Below, in pieces: positions 38,581-50,761 of a DNA stretch of 64,000 nt. Both the position numbers and the translations under genes were made by a program. Source of the stretch: Isurus oxyrinchus (taxonomy: Eukaryota); assembly GCA_026770705.1 (NCBI GenBank), contig JANJGN010000014.1, forward strand, positions 128,526,001 to 128,590,000, read 5' to 3'. The notes below the pieces were generated by a model, which did no database searches, was not told where the DNA came from, and saw only the letters and a program-made list of their open reading frames with translations. The stretch's first letter is position 1; each line of letters opens with the position of its first letter.

Positions 38581-40554
38581 TAGCTGTATGAGAGGAAACA
38601 ATGGATCCTTGCCCTACTTAGGTCAAAAGTCCGAGAAGAAACAAATTCCATTTAAGGAAAAAAAAAACAAATATTATGTCAGTTTAAAGGTAATTGGCTG
38701 CTTATAGGTCAACTAGCATTCTTCTAAAGTTTATATGACTCTACATTCCAATGCATAACTGAAGTAATTGTCTGAATGTCCGAGTGTGGACATGTCTCTA
38801 TCATTGTAACTGACAATTAGCTACACAATTGGTTTTTATTTACATTTTAAAAAATTCACCTTCCCTATGAAACTCTGAAAATTGAATGTGGATGCAAATC
38901 ATTTACATGTTGCTCCCATCCTTATACCCTTTAGCCCAACATCTCGTGATTGGGCGATTTAGATATCAGTTTACAGGTGAGGATTTTAATTGTCTTTGAC
39001 CTCGGCGATGCTGTTCCAAATGGCTTGTTAGAAATGAATCATCTGTGACTCCTGAAATGTCATTTGTCACTGGTGATGGCCTTTGGCATTTGGCTGATCT
39101 GAGGACTGTCACTGTCTCGAGTTGCTGATTCTTTTCATACAGTTTAGATTTCTAGATGGTTATCTTTCCCAATAATGACTGTGTGGTTGTACAATTTCTT
39201 GTTTTGGGAAATAAATAATTGCTGGTTCCAGGAAGGTTTGAAGTATCTATCGTAATGTACTAGCTTTAACAATATAACTGGCTGCTATGTTGTAACCTAA
39301 TAGCATGTGTTTTCTATTCACGATGGCTATAGGACATCCAATTGGAGTACATCAAATGAGACAAATCATTTTTTAATTGTTATTGATGCTGGATATTGCT
39401 AATATGAGTGATCTACAAAGTATGGCTCTCTGCCTGTGACTGACTCAACCATGTCTGTGCTGCTTCCTAATGGATCAGCAGTTCACAAGGGGTGAATGTT
39501 AAATGTGGTATTTACTGTAAATGACTAATGAAATTGATATCCTAGGGATAATGAGGGTCTCTTTGAAAGCTTGAACTATTCTGCACAATAGATGGCTGCA
39601 ATTCATTGTGATTCTTTTCAAAATACAATGTCTTGGTTTTTGACCTGTCAATAGAGAATTTCATTTGGAGAAAAAAAAAAGTTCTTATTTTTCGTAAGGG
39701 CCACCCACCCTAAAGTACATATACTTGTGTACTAATTTTAATCTGTAAAATTAATCTCTGCATGTTAGCACCTGCATTAAAGTACCAAGAACCAGTGTTT
39801 TTACGAGCTTCTTCGATTGCAGTTGTTACTGAATAGGGCAAATCCCTGTGCAAGTTGTTTTGTGCAGCAAGCTAATTGATAAACTGTGGAAATCAAACCC
39901 TTCCTCATTTAACCTTGATGAGCATTCACATCTTGTTATTTATTGCATAAAATCACTTGAGTGTGAAGGGAAAATAGAATTTCCTGGGTCATTAGCAAAA
40001 GAATCTGCATTAAAAAACGCAGATTTGTTGGTATCTTTCACAGGGTAAATGGAATAAGTTAAAAGCAGTTTCTCGGCAGATGCATCATGTAGTATTATTC
40101 AGCTATGTCGGTAACTATAATTCTGTATATGTACTGAAGAGTAAGTTAAAATGCACTATAGAGATGTAAGTATGATTTTCATTGTGTCATTAAAATCCAT
40201 TAATATGTCACTGGGCTTTCTGCGCTGTTTTTATATAACATTATTATGAGAAAAGCAGAGTAACTGTAGAAAACAGGATCCCATCGGAGCAGAAACAAAT
40301 GTTTTGATCTCATTCAGTTTGAACTTTAATCGTAAATAATTGCTCTGCATCTGTTTTAATCTTGGCTTCATCTTCTATTTCCACTGTATTGTTTAAAGTA
40401 AAATATTATTACCTTTTCCTGGCTGAGATGGGTTTGGTTTGTTATATATATTACAAACTAGAGTTTCCTCCAGGTTTTAAAATATTTTCTGCCTCTTTCT
40501 TTCTGTTTTAGATTTTAGCCACATATTTAGGAGTGAGAGTTGTGTTTTGAGAGT

Positions 40555-40800
40555 GTCAGTTTATCTCGGTACCTTTTTCCTCTGAGTTTAAGTAGTTGTG
40601 GGCTCAAGTTCTCTCCCAGGAGTCTCGGACATAGGCTGACAATGCATAGCTGAGGCTATGCTACCCTGTTGGAAGTACTATCCTTCAAATGAGGTGTTGT
40701 GAAACTAGGCCCTCTGTATCTGGCCCCTGCTTTAGATGGATACAAAAGATCCACTGGGATGAGGTCAAGAAGAACTGGAATTTCTTCCAAGTGTCCTATT
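40555..40800 (+). mobile_element. Deu-domain SINE 5' part
   Basis: gttgtgggctcaagt..taggctgaca..aaactaggccct..aaaagatcc. Confidence 0.55.
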
Positions 40801-40857
40801 CCTTATTCTCCTTTCATTCCTTCCTTCCTATCCTCCGCCAACGTCATTGGAAGAAAT

Positions 40858-43800
40858 GACTTTCCTCCTCATCATAAGGACAGAAGTGGGATGTTTGCCA
40901 ATGGTTGCATAATGTTCTGTGCCATTCGTGACTTCAGATACTGAAGCAATCTGTATCTGCATACATTCAATCCTTAAATAATAGCCATTCATAATTCATA
41001 AATTCATCATTGTGCCTTTTAATGAAGTTCTCCAATATATCTTGGCAACTCACGCCTCATACCTTTGTAGACTGTTTAGATTTAGATTAATTTAGATTTG
41101 TTTAAATTTGGATCTAGATATAGATTGGGCAAACCAAATTATTAACAACACTATGGCGGATGAATTCCTGGAGCGTGTATGTGATGGTTTTTTAGACCAA
41201 TATGTCGCGTAACCAGGTTGGGGATAGGCTATCCCAGAATTGATATTGTGCAGTGAGAAGGGGTTAATTAATCTTCCGTGGAGTCCTTTAAGGGACAGTA
41301 ACCATAACAAGGTAGAATTCTTAATTAAGCTGGAGAGTGAAGTAGTCAGGTCCAAAACTAGGATTCTAAATCTAAACAAAGGAAGCTATGAAGGAATGAG
41401 GTGTGAGTTGGCTAAGATAGATTGGGGAACTTCATTAAAAGGCGTGACAGTGAATAGACAATGACTAATATTTAAGGGACAAATGTATTCATTGCAACAG
41501 TTATACATTCCTTTCTGACACAAAAACACAACAGGCAAAGTGGCCCAGCCATGGCTAACAAAAAAAAATTAAGGATGGTATTAGATCAAAAGAGGAGTCA
41601 TATGAAGTTGTTAGAAAAAGTAACAAGCCTGAGGATTGGGAGCAGTTTAGAATTTGGCAAAGGAGGACCAAGAGATTGATTAAGAGGAGAACAATAGAGT
41701 ATGAGAGTAAACTTGCAAGGAACATAAGAGTGGACTGTAAAAGCTTCTATGAGGATAAATAAAGGAAAAGATTAGTGAAAACAAATGTAGGTCCCTTACA
41801 GCCCGAAACAGGAGAATTTATAGTAGAGAACAAGGAAATAACGGAGAAATTAAACAACAATTTTAGTTCTGTCTTCACAGAGGAAGACACAAATAACTTC
41901 CCAGAAATGCTATGGAACCAAGGGTTGAGCAAGAAGGAGGAATTGAAGGCAATAAAAAAGTAGTGTTGGAGAAATTAACAGGGCTGAAAGCTGATAAATC
42001 CTTAGGGCCTGATAATCTATAGCCCAGGGTACTAAAGGAGATGGCCATGGAAATAGTGGATGTGTCAGTTGTCATCTTCCCAATTCTGTAGATTCTGGAA
42101 CAGTCCCAGCAGATTAGAGGGTGGTAAATGTAACCCCACTATTTAAAAAGGAGGAAAGAAGAAAACAGTGAATTAAAATAACATCAGTAGGAGGGAAAAT
42201 GCTAGAGTCTATTACAAAGTATGTGATAACAGGACACTTAGAAAAGATCAATGGGATTAGACAATGTCAGCATGGATTTATGAAAGGGAAATCATGTTTG
42301 ACAAACCTCTTGGAGGTTTTTGAGGACGTAATTAGCAGAATAGATAAGAGAGAACCAGTGGATGTTGTGTATTTGGATTTTCAGAAAGCTTTTGATAATG
42401 TCCCACGTAAGAGGTTAGTGTGTAAAATTAAAGCACACAGGATTGAGGGTAATATATTGGCATGGATTGAGGATTGGTTAGCAGGCAGGAAACAGTAGGA
42501 ATGAATGAGTCTTTTTCAGAATGGCAGGCAGTGACTAGTGGGGTACCACAGGGATCAGTGCTTGGGCCCCAGCTATTCACAATATATATCAATGATTTAG
42601 GTGAGGGCTCCAAGTGTAATCTTTTCAAGTTTGCTGACGACATGAAACTTGGTGGGAATGTGAGTGGTAAGGGGGGTGTTTAAAGGCTTCAAGCCTCCAA
42701 GTTGAGTGAGTGGGTAAATACATAGCAGATGTGGCATAATGTGGCATAATGTGGATAAGTGTGAAGTTATCCACTTTGGTAAGTAAAACAGGATGGCTGA
42801 GTATTATTTAAATGGTGATAGATGGGGAAATATTGATATACAAAGGGACCTAGGTACACCATCACTGAAAACAAGCATGTAGGTGCAGCAAGCAGTTAAG
42901 AAGGCAAATAGTATGTTGGCCTTCATTGTAAGAATATTGAGTACAGGAACAAGGCTGTCTTACTGTCGCTTTATAGGGCCTTGGTGAGAGCACACCTGGA
43001 GTATTGTATGCAGTTTTGATGATCTCACCTAAAAAAAGATATACTTGCCATAGAGGGAGTGCAGCGGAGGTTCACAGGCTGATTCCTGGGATGGCACAAT
43101 TCTCATATGAGGAGAGATTGAGTTGACTGGACCTGTATTCACTGAAGTTTAGAAGAATGAGGGGATCTCATTGAAATGTATAAAATTCTAACTAGGATGG
43201 ACAGACTGGATGCAGGGATGATGTTTCCTGTGGCTGGAGAGTCTAGAACAAGAGGTCACAATCTCAGGATACGGGGTAGGCCATTTATGACTGAGATCAG
43301 GAGAAACCTCTTCACTCAGAGGTGGTGAACTGTGGAATTCTCTACCACAGAAGGCTGTGGAGGTCAAGTCACTGAATATGTTGAAGAAGGAAATAGATTT
43401 CTAGACTCTAAAGGCATCAAGGGGTATGGGGATAGAGGTGGATTATGACATTGAGGTAGAATATCAGCCATGATCATATTGATTGGTGGAGCAGGCTCAC
43501 AGGACTGAATGACCTACTCCTCCTATATTCTATGTTTCTATGTATGCAGCAAGGTCTGGACAACATTCAGTTTTGGGCTAATAAGTGGCAAGTAAACTTC
43601 ACACCACACAAGTGCCAGGCAATGACCATGTCCAACAAGAGAGAATCTAGTCTTCTCCCCTTGACATTCAACAGCATTACCATCACTGAATCCCCACTAT
43701 CAACATTCTGGGAGTTGCCATTGACTTGAAACTGAATTGGACTAGCCATATAAATACCGCGGCTACAAGAGCAGGTCACAATCTGGGAATTCTGTGGAGA

Positions 43801-44280
43801 GTAACACATCTCCTGACTCCCCAAAGCCTGTCCACAATCTACAAGGCAGGAGTGTGACGGCACTGTCCATTTGCTTAAAACTGCAACTTCAAACAGCACT
43901 CAAGAAGCTCAACACCATCCAGAACAAACAAAGCGCCCACTTGATTAGCATCCCTTTGACCACCTTAAACACTCACTCCATCCGTCACTGATGCACAGTG
44001 GCAGCAGTGTGTACCATCTACAAGTTGCATTGTAGCAACTCACCAAGCCTAATTCCAACAGCATCTTCCAAACCCACGACCTCCACATATCATCCTGACT
44101 TGGAACTATATTAGCTGTTCCTCACTGTTGTTGGGTCAAAATCTTGGAACTCCTTTCCTAACAGCACTGTGGGTGTACCTGATACAAGAGGGATGCTCAC
44201 CACCACCTTTTCAAGGGCAGTTAGGGATGACAATAAGTACTGGCCTAGTCAGCGATGCCCACATCCCATGAATGGATACA
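40858..44280 (+). mobile_element. ORF1-less LINE 3' half (40858-40962 and 43538-44280) split by a CR1 insertion
   Basis: catcataaggacagaagtgggatgtttgc..gatactgaagca resumes as atgcagcaaggtctggacaacattcag and runs to the tail gcccacatcccatgaatg. Confidence 0.8.
40970..43537 (+). mobile_element. Degraded CR1 LINE (APE C-terminus, RT, 3' UTR) with an inverted 5' segment
   Basis: DS.HNKVEF, QHGFMKGKSCLTNL, YLDFQKAFD.VP, SGVPQGSVLGP, KFADD; many stops; tail ctatattctatgttt. Confidence 0.92.
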
Positions 44281-44677
44281 TTTAAAAAAAATTAAAAACA
44301 AAACACATTAATTGGTCGATCAACTCATTGATATGTTTGTGGTATCATGCTTCATGCAAAATGGCTACTTTCACCACTGCCCCCCCCCCCACCCTGATGC
44401 ACAGCACCAACTATATTTCAAAAGTAATTAATTGATGGAAAGTACTTTGGGCTAATTCAACTCGTAGGACAGGTTGTGACATTCCTTGCTGAATTACAAC
44501 ATGTAATTACACTTCAAAAAGTTCATAATTGGCTGCAAAGTCCTGCTCTAGCTTCGGCTGCTACGTAAGTCCAATTCTCCTGTTCTCCAGTGGTGGCTAC
44601 AAACTACAAAGGCAAAGCGTGCCTCGTGTATGATTCGTTTGCTTTCTCTACTTTTCCGATACACTTGTATTAGACAT

Positions 44678-44803
44678 GGGCTGGGATCTTCTAGCCCCGC
44701 CAATGGCAGGCGTTGCCACGGGTGGGATGGGGACATTTGGAGGGCAGCCATCACATCCCACCCGCGATGATACCTGCTGCTGAGAGGGCTGGAAAATCTG
44801 CCC
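44678..44803. mobile_element. Small MITE
   Basis: gggctgggatcttc...ggaaaatctgccc imperfect inverted termini, GC-rich. Confidence 0.5.
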
Positions 44804-45132
44804 GTCCTGGGCAATGAAGGTTGTTCTTGGCTTGACTGGGTTCCCTGTTTTCAAAGAAAACTACTCAAAATAACTAATAATATTTTGTATTTTTATAACT
44901 CACGCAGTTGCGTTTTTACGTCACTCATCTTGTTATTATCTAGAGTCTTCTAAAGTATTCAGTTTTTGGTATCATCAAAGAATCCTTTTGTTGCTGTGTA
45001 GCAAGTTTTTGTGTTAGTAAGAGTGATGGAAAGACACTTTGAGGATTTTGTTGATTGAGAAGTGTTAGATTTCCAGTTATGTGGGCTCAGCATTCTCATA
45101 GAGACCTCACAGAATGATTTTCTTGCTTTATC

Positions 45133-47703
45133 TGTAGTAGAAGTGTCTGGCATGTACAGGGTTAATGTCATACTGAGTACAGTATGGCCGCACAGTGATG
45201 TAAGAAGACACATCACGTTGACTCTAGGTCGAGGTCGTGTTGACCAGACACATGTTAAAGCCTATGATGGGGATAGCTCCATTCCTGTACCCTTTACTGT
45301 ATGTTTGTAAATAGTGACAAGTAGTTAATAAAGACTTGCTGTTAATACACAGAAGACTACGAAGATTTCTTTAACAGACATGTACTGTAACCAACATGAT
45401 CCCAACATCGTGCCAGCTCCAGATTAAAAGCCCCCATCCTCACGGAAATTCTGAAAGATGGAAAAGGATATCTTCAACGGGTTCTAAACTGAGAGAGTCT
45501 CCCAACTGAAGCTACAGACGCCGAGAAAATTCACCAGAAAATGTTCCAGGGAGAAGAGCCTGGAAGCTAAGGGAAGACGTTTTACTGCAGCAGAAGACCT
45601 CATACAATTTCGCTTGGAAGTCCAGCTTCAGCACGCAGAGCTCATCGCCTGCAAGGATGAGCTAAATCTTTATTCAGGCTGCAACCAGTCCTGAGAAGCC
45701 CTTTTCTCTAAGTCAGTCAGAAGCATTGTTTTGAATGAAACCCGTTGCTAATCCTGGTTTACTGACTCAGAGGCTCAACAATTGGCCTCTGGGTCGAACA
45801 GAAAAAACAAATTAATAATTAACTTAACTCAGGAACCTCGTGACCATCTGAATCCTTACACAGCAAACCGGCAGTCCATTCAAATGCCTCGCTACTCGCA
45901 AGGTTACATCATTGATTAAATCAAGTTGGCAGACCGTCGACCCAAGGAGCCGTTGTTGGACATTATTCGTCCTGACGCATGCCGCCACCATTTTGTGAAG
46001 CCGACCAAAACTGGCAAGCAAGGGAAATCCATTGTTCTGCAGTGAACGGCGACGCCGTCTTGGAAGCCTGAGAGCTCCTAAGGCTGTATCCACCACACTT
46101 TTAAAATTTCCAGCATGGATCACAATTGTGTGCTTCCAACTCCACTGGGATTCACCCAAGGCCCAGACCAGTTACAGAATTAGGGTATTTAGAGGAAGCG
46201 ATTATTAAGATACAGCATTGCTACAGGTATCATTAGTGAAAATCTGAAGCGCAACAAGTAAACACACTTCTTTATTCAACAGGGCCAATTGCAGACAACA
46301 TAATTGCATGACAGGATATTGATGAGTCAACTGCCAAATTTGAGAGTTTTCAAATCCTTTAATGTTTATTTCAACTTGAGATCCAACAAAATATTGGAAA
46401 GAGCTAAATTCAATAAGAGTCCAAATGCCCGGAGAACCTGTCGATTCCTTCATAAACGATCTCTACAGGATCTGTAACCAGCCTTTCTCTCTTCTGAGCA
46501 GGATTGCCTGCATAGCCCTGGATCTCCTCCAGAAGGCAGAGGATGTAAAGACTGCCACTGTTGTTAGCCGGCTAGAACAGCACAATCCCAATTGCTCAAA
46601 CACTAAAGAGTATTCATTCTTGGATTTCTCCTTCAATCTGTCATCTCTCTTTGTGCAGTAGGTTTGTCCATTATCATTCCGGATCCTAAAAGTTCTTCAT
46701 GGTCAGACCAACCTACCATCCACAAGACTACCATGACATCTCCAGTGGAAGTGGTCCAGAGAACGATCAGTCTAAGAAGCCCCTACCACCAAATACGATA
46801 ATGGTACAGCTGGTCAACATAGCAACCACCGTGTGCACATATACTACAGCTCCAGCCAAGGATGCTGCAGCAGGGTAGCAGTCTACTGCCATCAGCCTCA
46901 AAAAACAGAGGTAAGCACAGCACTCAATCATTTTGTTGCAACAGGAATGCTCTTCCTCAGCCTCAGAGGGCTTCCAGATTTCCCACTAGAAAAAGCAGAG
47001 CCAAGGAGATGAATACCATCTTCGTCCACCTCACAATAAACAACCAAGAGTAACAGCAACCATGGGTCAACGCAACAGCCAAACTGACCATGCGTGGTTC
47101 AGCACTAAGCAATCGAAGAAAAGAATGAAAGCATACCCAAATGCCAGTCCAACCTCCCAGCCAACAGCAAGAACCAGACCAAACAGAGCCTACCACTCCT
47201 CCGACAATGGTGAATGAGATATGGAAAGGTTATAAGGCCTCCAGACTGTCTGAGCCTCTAACTTCAATGACTTGAAAGGGGGAATTGGAGTATTGAGAAA
47301 GTTGTTAATGCTAATACCATAATGGCAATAATGCTGGAATAACATTAAGGCTGTGACAACAAGGTAAATGCACAAGACATGTAACAATGTAAGACCTGAA
47401 CTAAACTAAATAATTCTATATCCATGGGATAAAGACTTGGCAGAGGTTTAGTAGAAGGGTCTGGCACATACAGGGTAAATGTGAGACTGAGTACAGTATG
47501 GCCACACTGTGATGAAAGAAAGCACATGATCTAGAGTTAGGATCAGTATGGTGTTGATTAGAGGTGTGCTAGGACATAAGATAGCTTCATGCCTTTGTAA
47601 CTTTTTACAAATATACAGTAGAATAAAGTAGTTAATAAAGACTTGCTGTTGACATTCAGAAGACTATGAAGATTTCTTTAACAGACATGTTCTGTAACCA
47701 ACA
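45133..47703 (+). mobile_element. Internally deleted Ty3/Gypsy LTR retrotransposon
   Basis: LTRs 45133-45396 and 47447-47703 (TG..CA, AATAAA); gag remnant ERAKFN..PGEPVDSFINDLYR fused to protease end NQPFSLLSRIACIALDL; pol end GKVIRPPDCLSL*; purine-rich tract before the 3' LTR. Confidence 0.88.
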
Positions 47704-48306
47704 CCATCCTAAAATATCTTTATCTGTTTGCAGTTTTGTGGCCAGAGTTTACTACTTAAATTTCATCTTCACACTGCATACCTACAAAGACATGAGGATT
47801 GAGTTGCATAAAGCGCACATGAAGTTGATGACGTTGGTTTCTTTATTGATGTTTGTTAATGAAATGGTGAAGGTCGATTTTTGCACTGCATAAAAGTCTG
47901 AAGTACTAGGTTGCAAAACAATCACAACAGTTGGTGCTGCACACCCCCACCCTTGGATTTGCAGGCTCTGAGAGTCTGGCCGGAGGTGTAAATTATGTAT
48001 TGGATTTTACAGTCTGTTCTATTAAATTCCAAACCTGTAAAACAATTTATGCAGGCAAATTTGACTTGTCGACACCCCTTGACTTTTCCCAATGCTTGGT
48101 TCCTTGAGTAATCAATAGCAAAATGTTCTGAAAGGGTAGGTCCTGTCTCACTATGCTGAAACACAGAATTGGATTGCATAGAAGTGGAGCATATCCTCCA
48201 CCATGCTGTGTTACCTCTTCTGCTTTTGCCCAATCAGTTCATCTCCCCTCCCATGTCAATTTGTTAACATATTTCCCTGAGCAGGGACATTAACGTTAGA
48301 GACAAT

Positions 48307-48984
48307 GGCTCAGATCTTTCTGCCTCCAGACAGTCGGAGTCCTGATATACGACCCATTATGTGTGCGGGACACCGCAGAAGTCCAGACACGCTGACCCCC
48401 AAGTGAATTACCCGGGAAGCTTGCACTACCGATCGGAAATTCCTCTGTTCCCTGGGACCCTCCACAAACATCTCCTACTCTGAAATAGAGTCAGAGATTT
48501 CGGCCAGTTGCACAATACTTACCTGGATAGATACCCAGGAAATGTTAGGCAGAAAAATCCTACATAACTGACACCCCCAATCACTCACACTGATGCCCCC
48601 CACCCACCCGAATAACCCTCTGACCTGACCTGACTACTTCCGACCATCAGGCTACCAACCCCCCATCCGACCTGACTGGCCTCCGATTTGACTTCCCCTC
48701 CCCGACCCTACCCGCTGTTGCCCTACCACTCTACCTATTCACTCATTCATCCGTTCACCAATTAATCCATTCATTAACTAGCTAGTGCCATAAAAGGAGG
48801 CATGCGCTGTCTTTCCCTAAAGCTACTCGGCTGCAATGGACTTCTCCGATGCACTGTACGCTTCATGTCTGGAAAGCCGGGCTTAGGAGACCTGGCCAGA
48901 AATACAGAGCTGTGTTAGGGTGCAGAAAAGTACTGTTGGAGCAGCAATCCAATGGTGATTGCTGCTTCGCAGGAGATCTGGGCC
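48307..48984. mobile_element. MITE / non-autonomous DNA transposon (Harbinger-like termini)
   Basis: ggctcagatctttctgc...gcaggagatctgggcc, ~16-bp inverted termini; flanks aat/att. Confidence 0.7.
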
Positions 48985-49546
48985 ATTACCTTTGGTTCTG
49001 CACTTTGACCTGTGGGTTTACAGTATGTAAAATTTTTTTTCATTCAGGGGACATTGCTGGCTGGGCCAGTGTTTATTGCCCATCCCTAATTGCCCTTGAA
49101 AGTGGTGGTGGTGAGCTGCCGCTTTGAACCTCTACAGTCCATGTGCTGTTATGGAGCGAGTTCCAGGATTCTGACCACTGCCCCTGCTCCACCACCCCCC
49201 CCACCCACTCCTGAATTTTGACCCCCTAACCAACACCCCCTACCCTCTGACCAACCCTCTGACCAGACCTGACTACTTCCCACCACTCGACTACTCCCCT
49301 GTCCCACCCCCGACCATACCTGACTAGCCCCCAACTAGGTTCAGCTCACCTGCCCTCCTACCCACCTGTCACCCTAGCAGAAATGCAAAGGAGTGTTGAA
49401 CAAACAGCATTCCAAATCATTGATTTCCCCACTACAGAGCGAATACTGAATTAAATTTGTTTTGTTTGTTTTGAACACATCCATGTTTCTTGCATGCCTC
49501 CTAGTTGCCTATTCCTAATATCGTTTTACATTTTCCTTTCTCAAAT

Positions 49547-50729
49547 TGTTACAGGCAGGACAGACTGTTCAAACTGCACTGATTTCCTCTCACCACTTTC
49601 CCATAAGCAGAAGGTGTTTTGAATTAGTTTTTAAAGATTAAACAGTGATGTGTTTCCCAAACCCCTTGGATTTTGTGATGGAGTTTTACAACTAATCCAC
49701 AGCAACCTTGAGTTAGGATTAACTCAGAAGGTTAGTTTGTTTTCACATGTTCAAAACCCATGATAAGTAGTGTCCACAACATCCCTCTCCATACATTCAC
49801 ACAATAAAGGGAGGGATAAATAAAAGGAGTTTTACAATGGAAGAAAAATGAATATTGGTTCACATGAGTTCCAGGGTCCAAAGTCTGAATCCAATGGGGA
49901 ATTCTTTCAAGTGAGCTTTCGTGTTCAGCTGGCTGAATACTGACATTGTAAGATTTGCTTTTCCATTTGGGCTGATGTCACAAGGTGAGGTAGGCATGTG
50001 GAGACTGAGTCAGCTCTGTAGGCAATGGTACAAGATCTTCCAGCAGGGTCAGGTTCGATGGGTAGGTTGTTCTGCCTGGAGGAGCCTGCTTCTTTATCTC
50101 TTACCAGTGGGATGTTAATCAGCAGATTGGCTGTGAAAATCAAAGATGTAATATTAAACTGACCAGAAAGCCAGAGGCTTGGGCCATGTGACCTACCTTC
50201 TGTGCAATGACTTCAAAGGATTTTTATCCATCATCTGAAATTGGCTTTGGTTTCAGGACTGATAATGTCTCAGTCATTAGTTGTTGAAAGGGGTTCCATT
50301 TATGCTGAGGGCATGGTGTTTGGGAAGCCATTGTCTCCACAGACCCGCTGACTCCACTAACAAGATTGGTTTATCAAATGCAAATGACATCCCTGTAGTT
50401 CTCTTTGCAATTGGTCAAAACAGTCCCAGGTTTGATGTGAGTCTGTTAGTCATTCTCTAGGCACGTGTGACATTCCAGAAACTGAGGAAAGAATTATTTG
50501 TCCTCGTAACTCCTGGGGATAGCTCCCAGTGAGAGGATCATCTCTGTGATCAGGTGACTTGTAGCAGCCATCTTAATTTTCTTGAGTGCAAAAAGACCAG
50601 TTCTAAAAATAGGCAGCAATAAGGATAAAGTTTTTTTTTTGAAAATATATAGTGGTAGGTTTCTTTCTGTGTTGTAGGAACCAACAAATTACTTCTCCAC
50701 AGTCTTTTGAAAAGCTATTGGGTATAACA
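49547..50729 (-). mobile_element. Possible old solo LTR
   Basis: TGTTA...TAACA termini and layout similar to the other solo LTRs; no target duplication seen. Confidence 0.35.
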
Positions 50730-50761
50730 TCCAGCACTTTTTGGTGAGATATTCTATGTTT

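Noticed and set aside
38581-38591. tagctgtatga matches the 3' end of miR-9
   Set aside because: Seed and 5' half are absent, no hairpin, and it lies at a SINE tail
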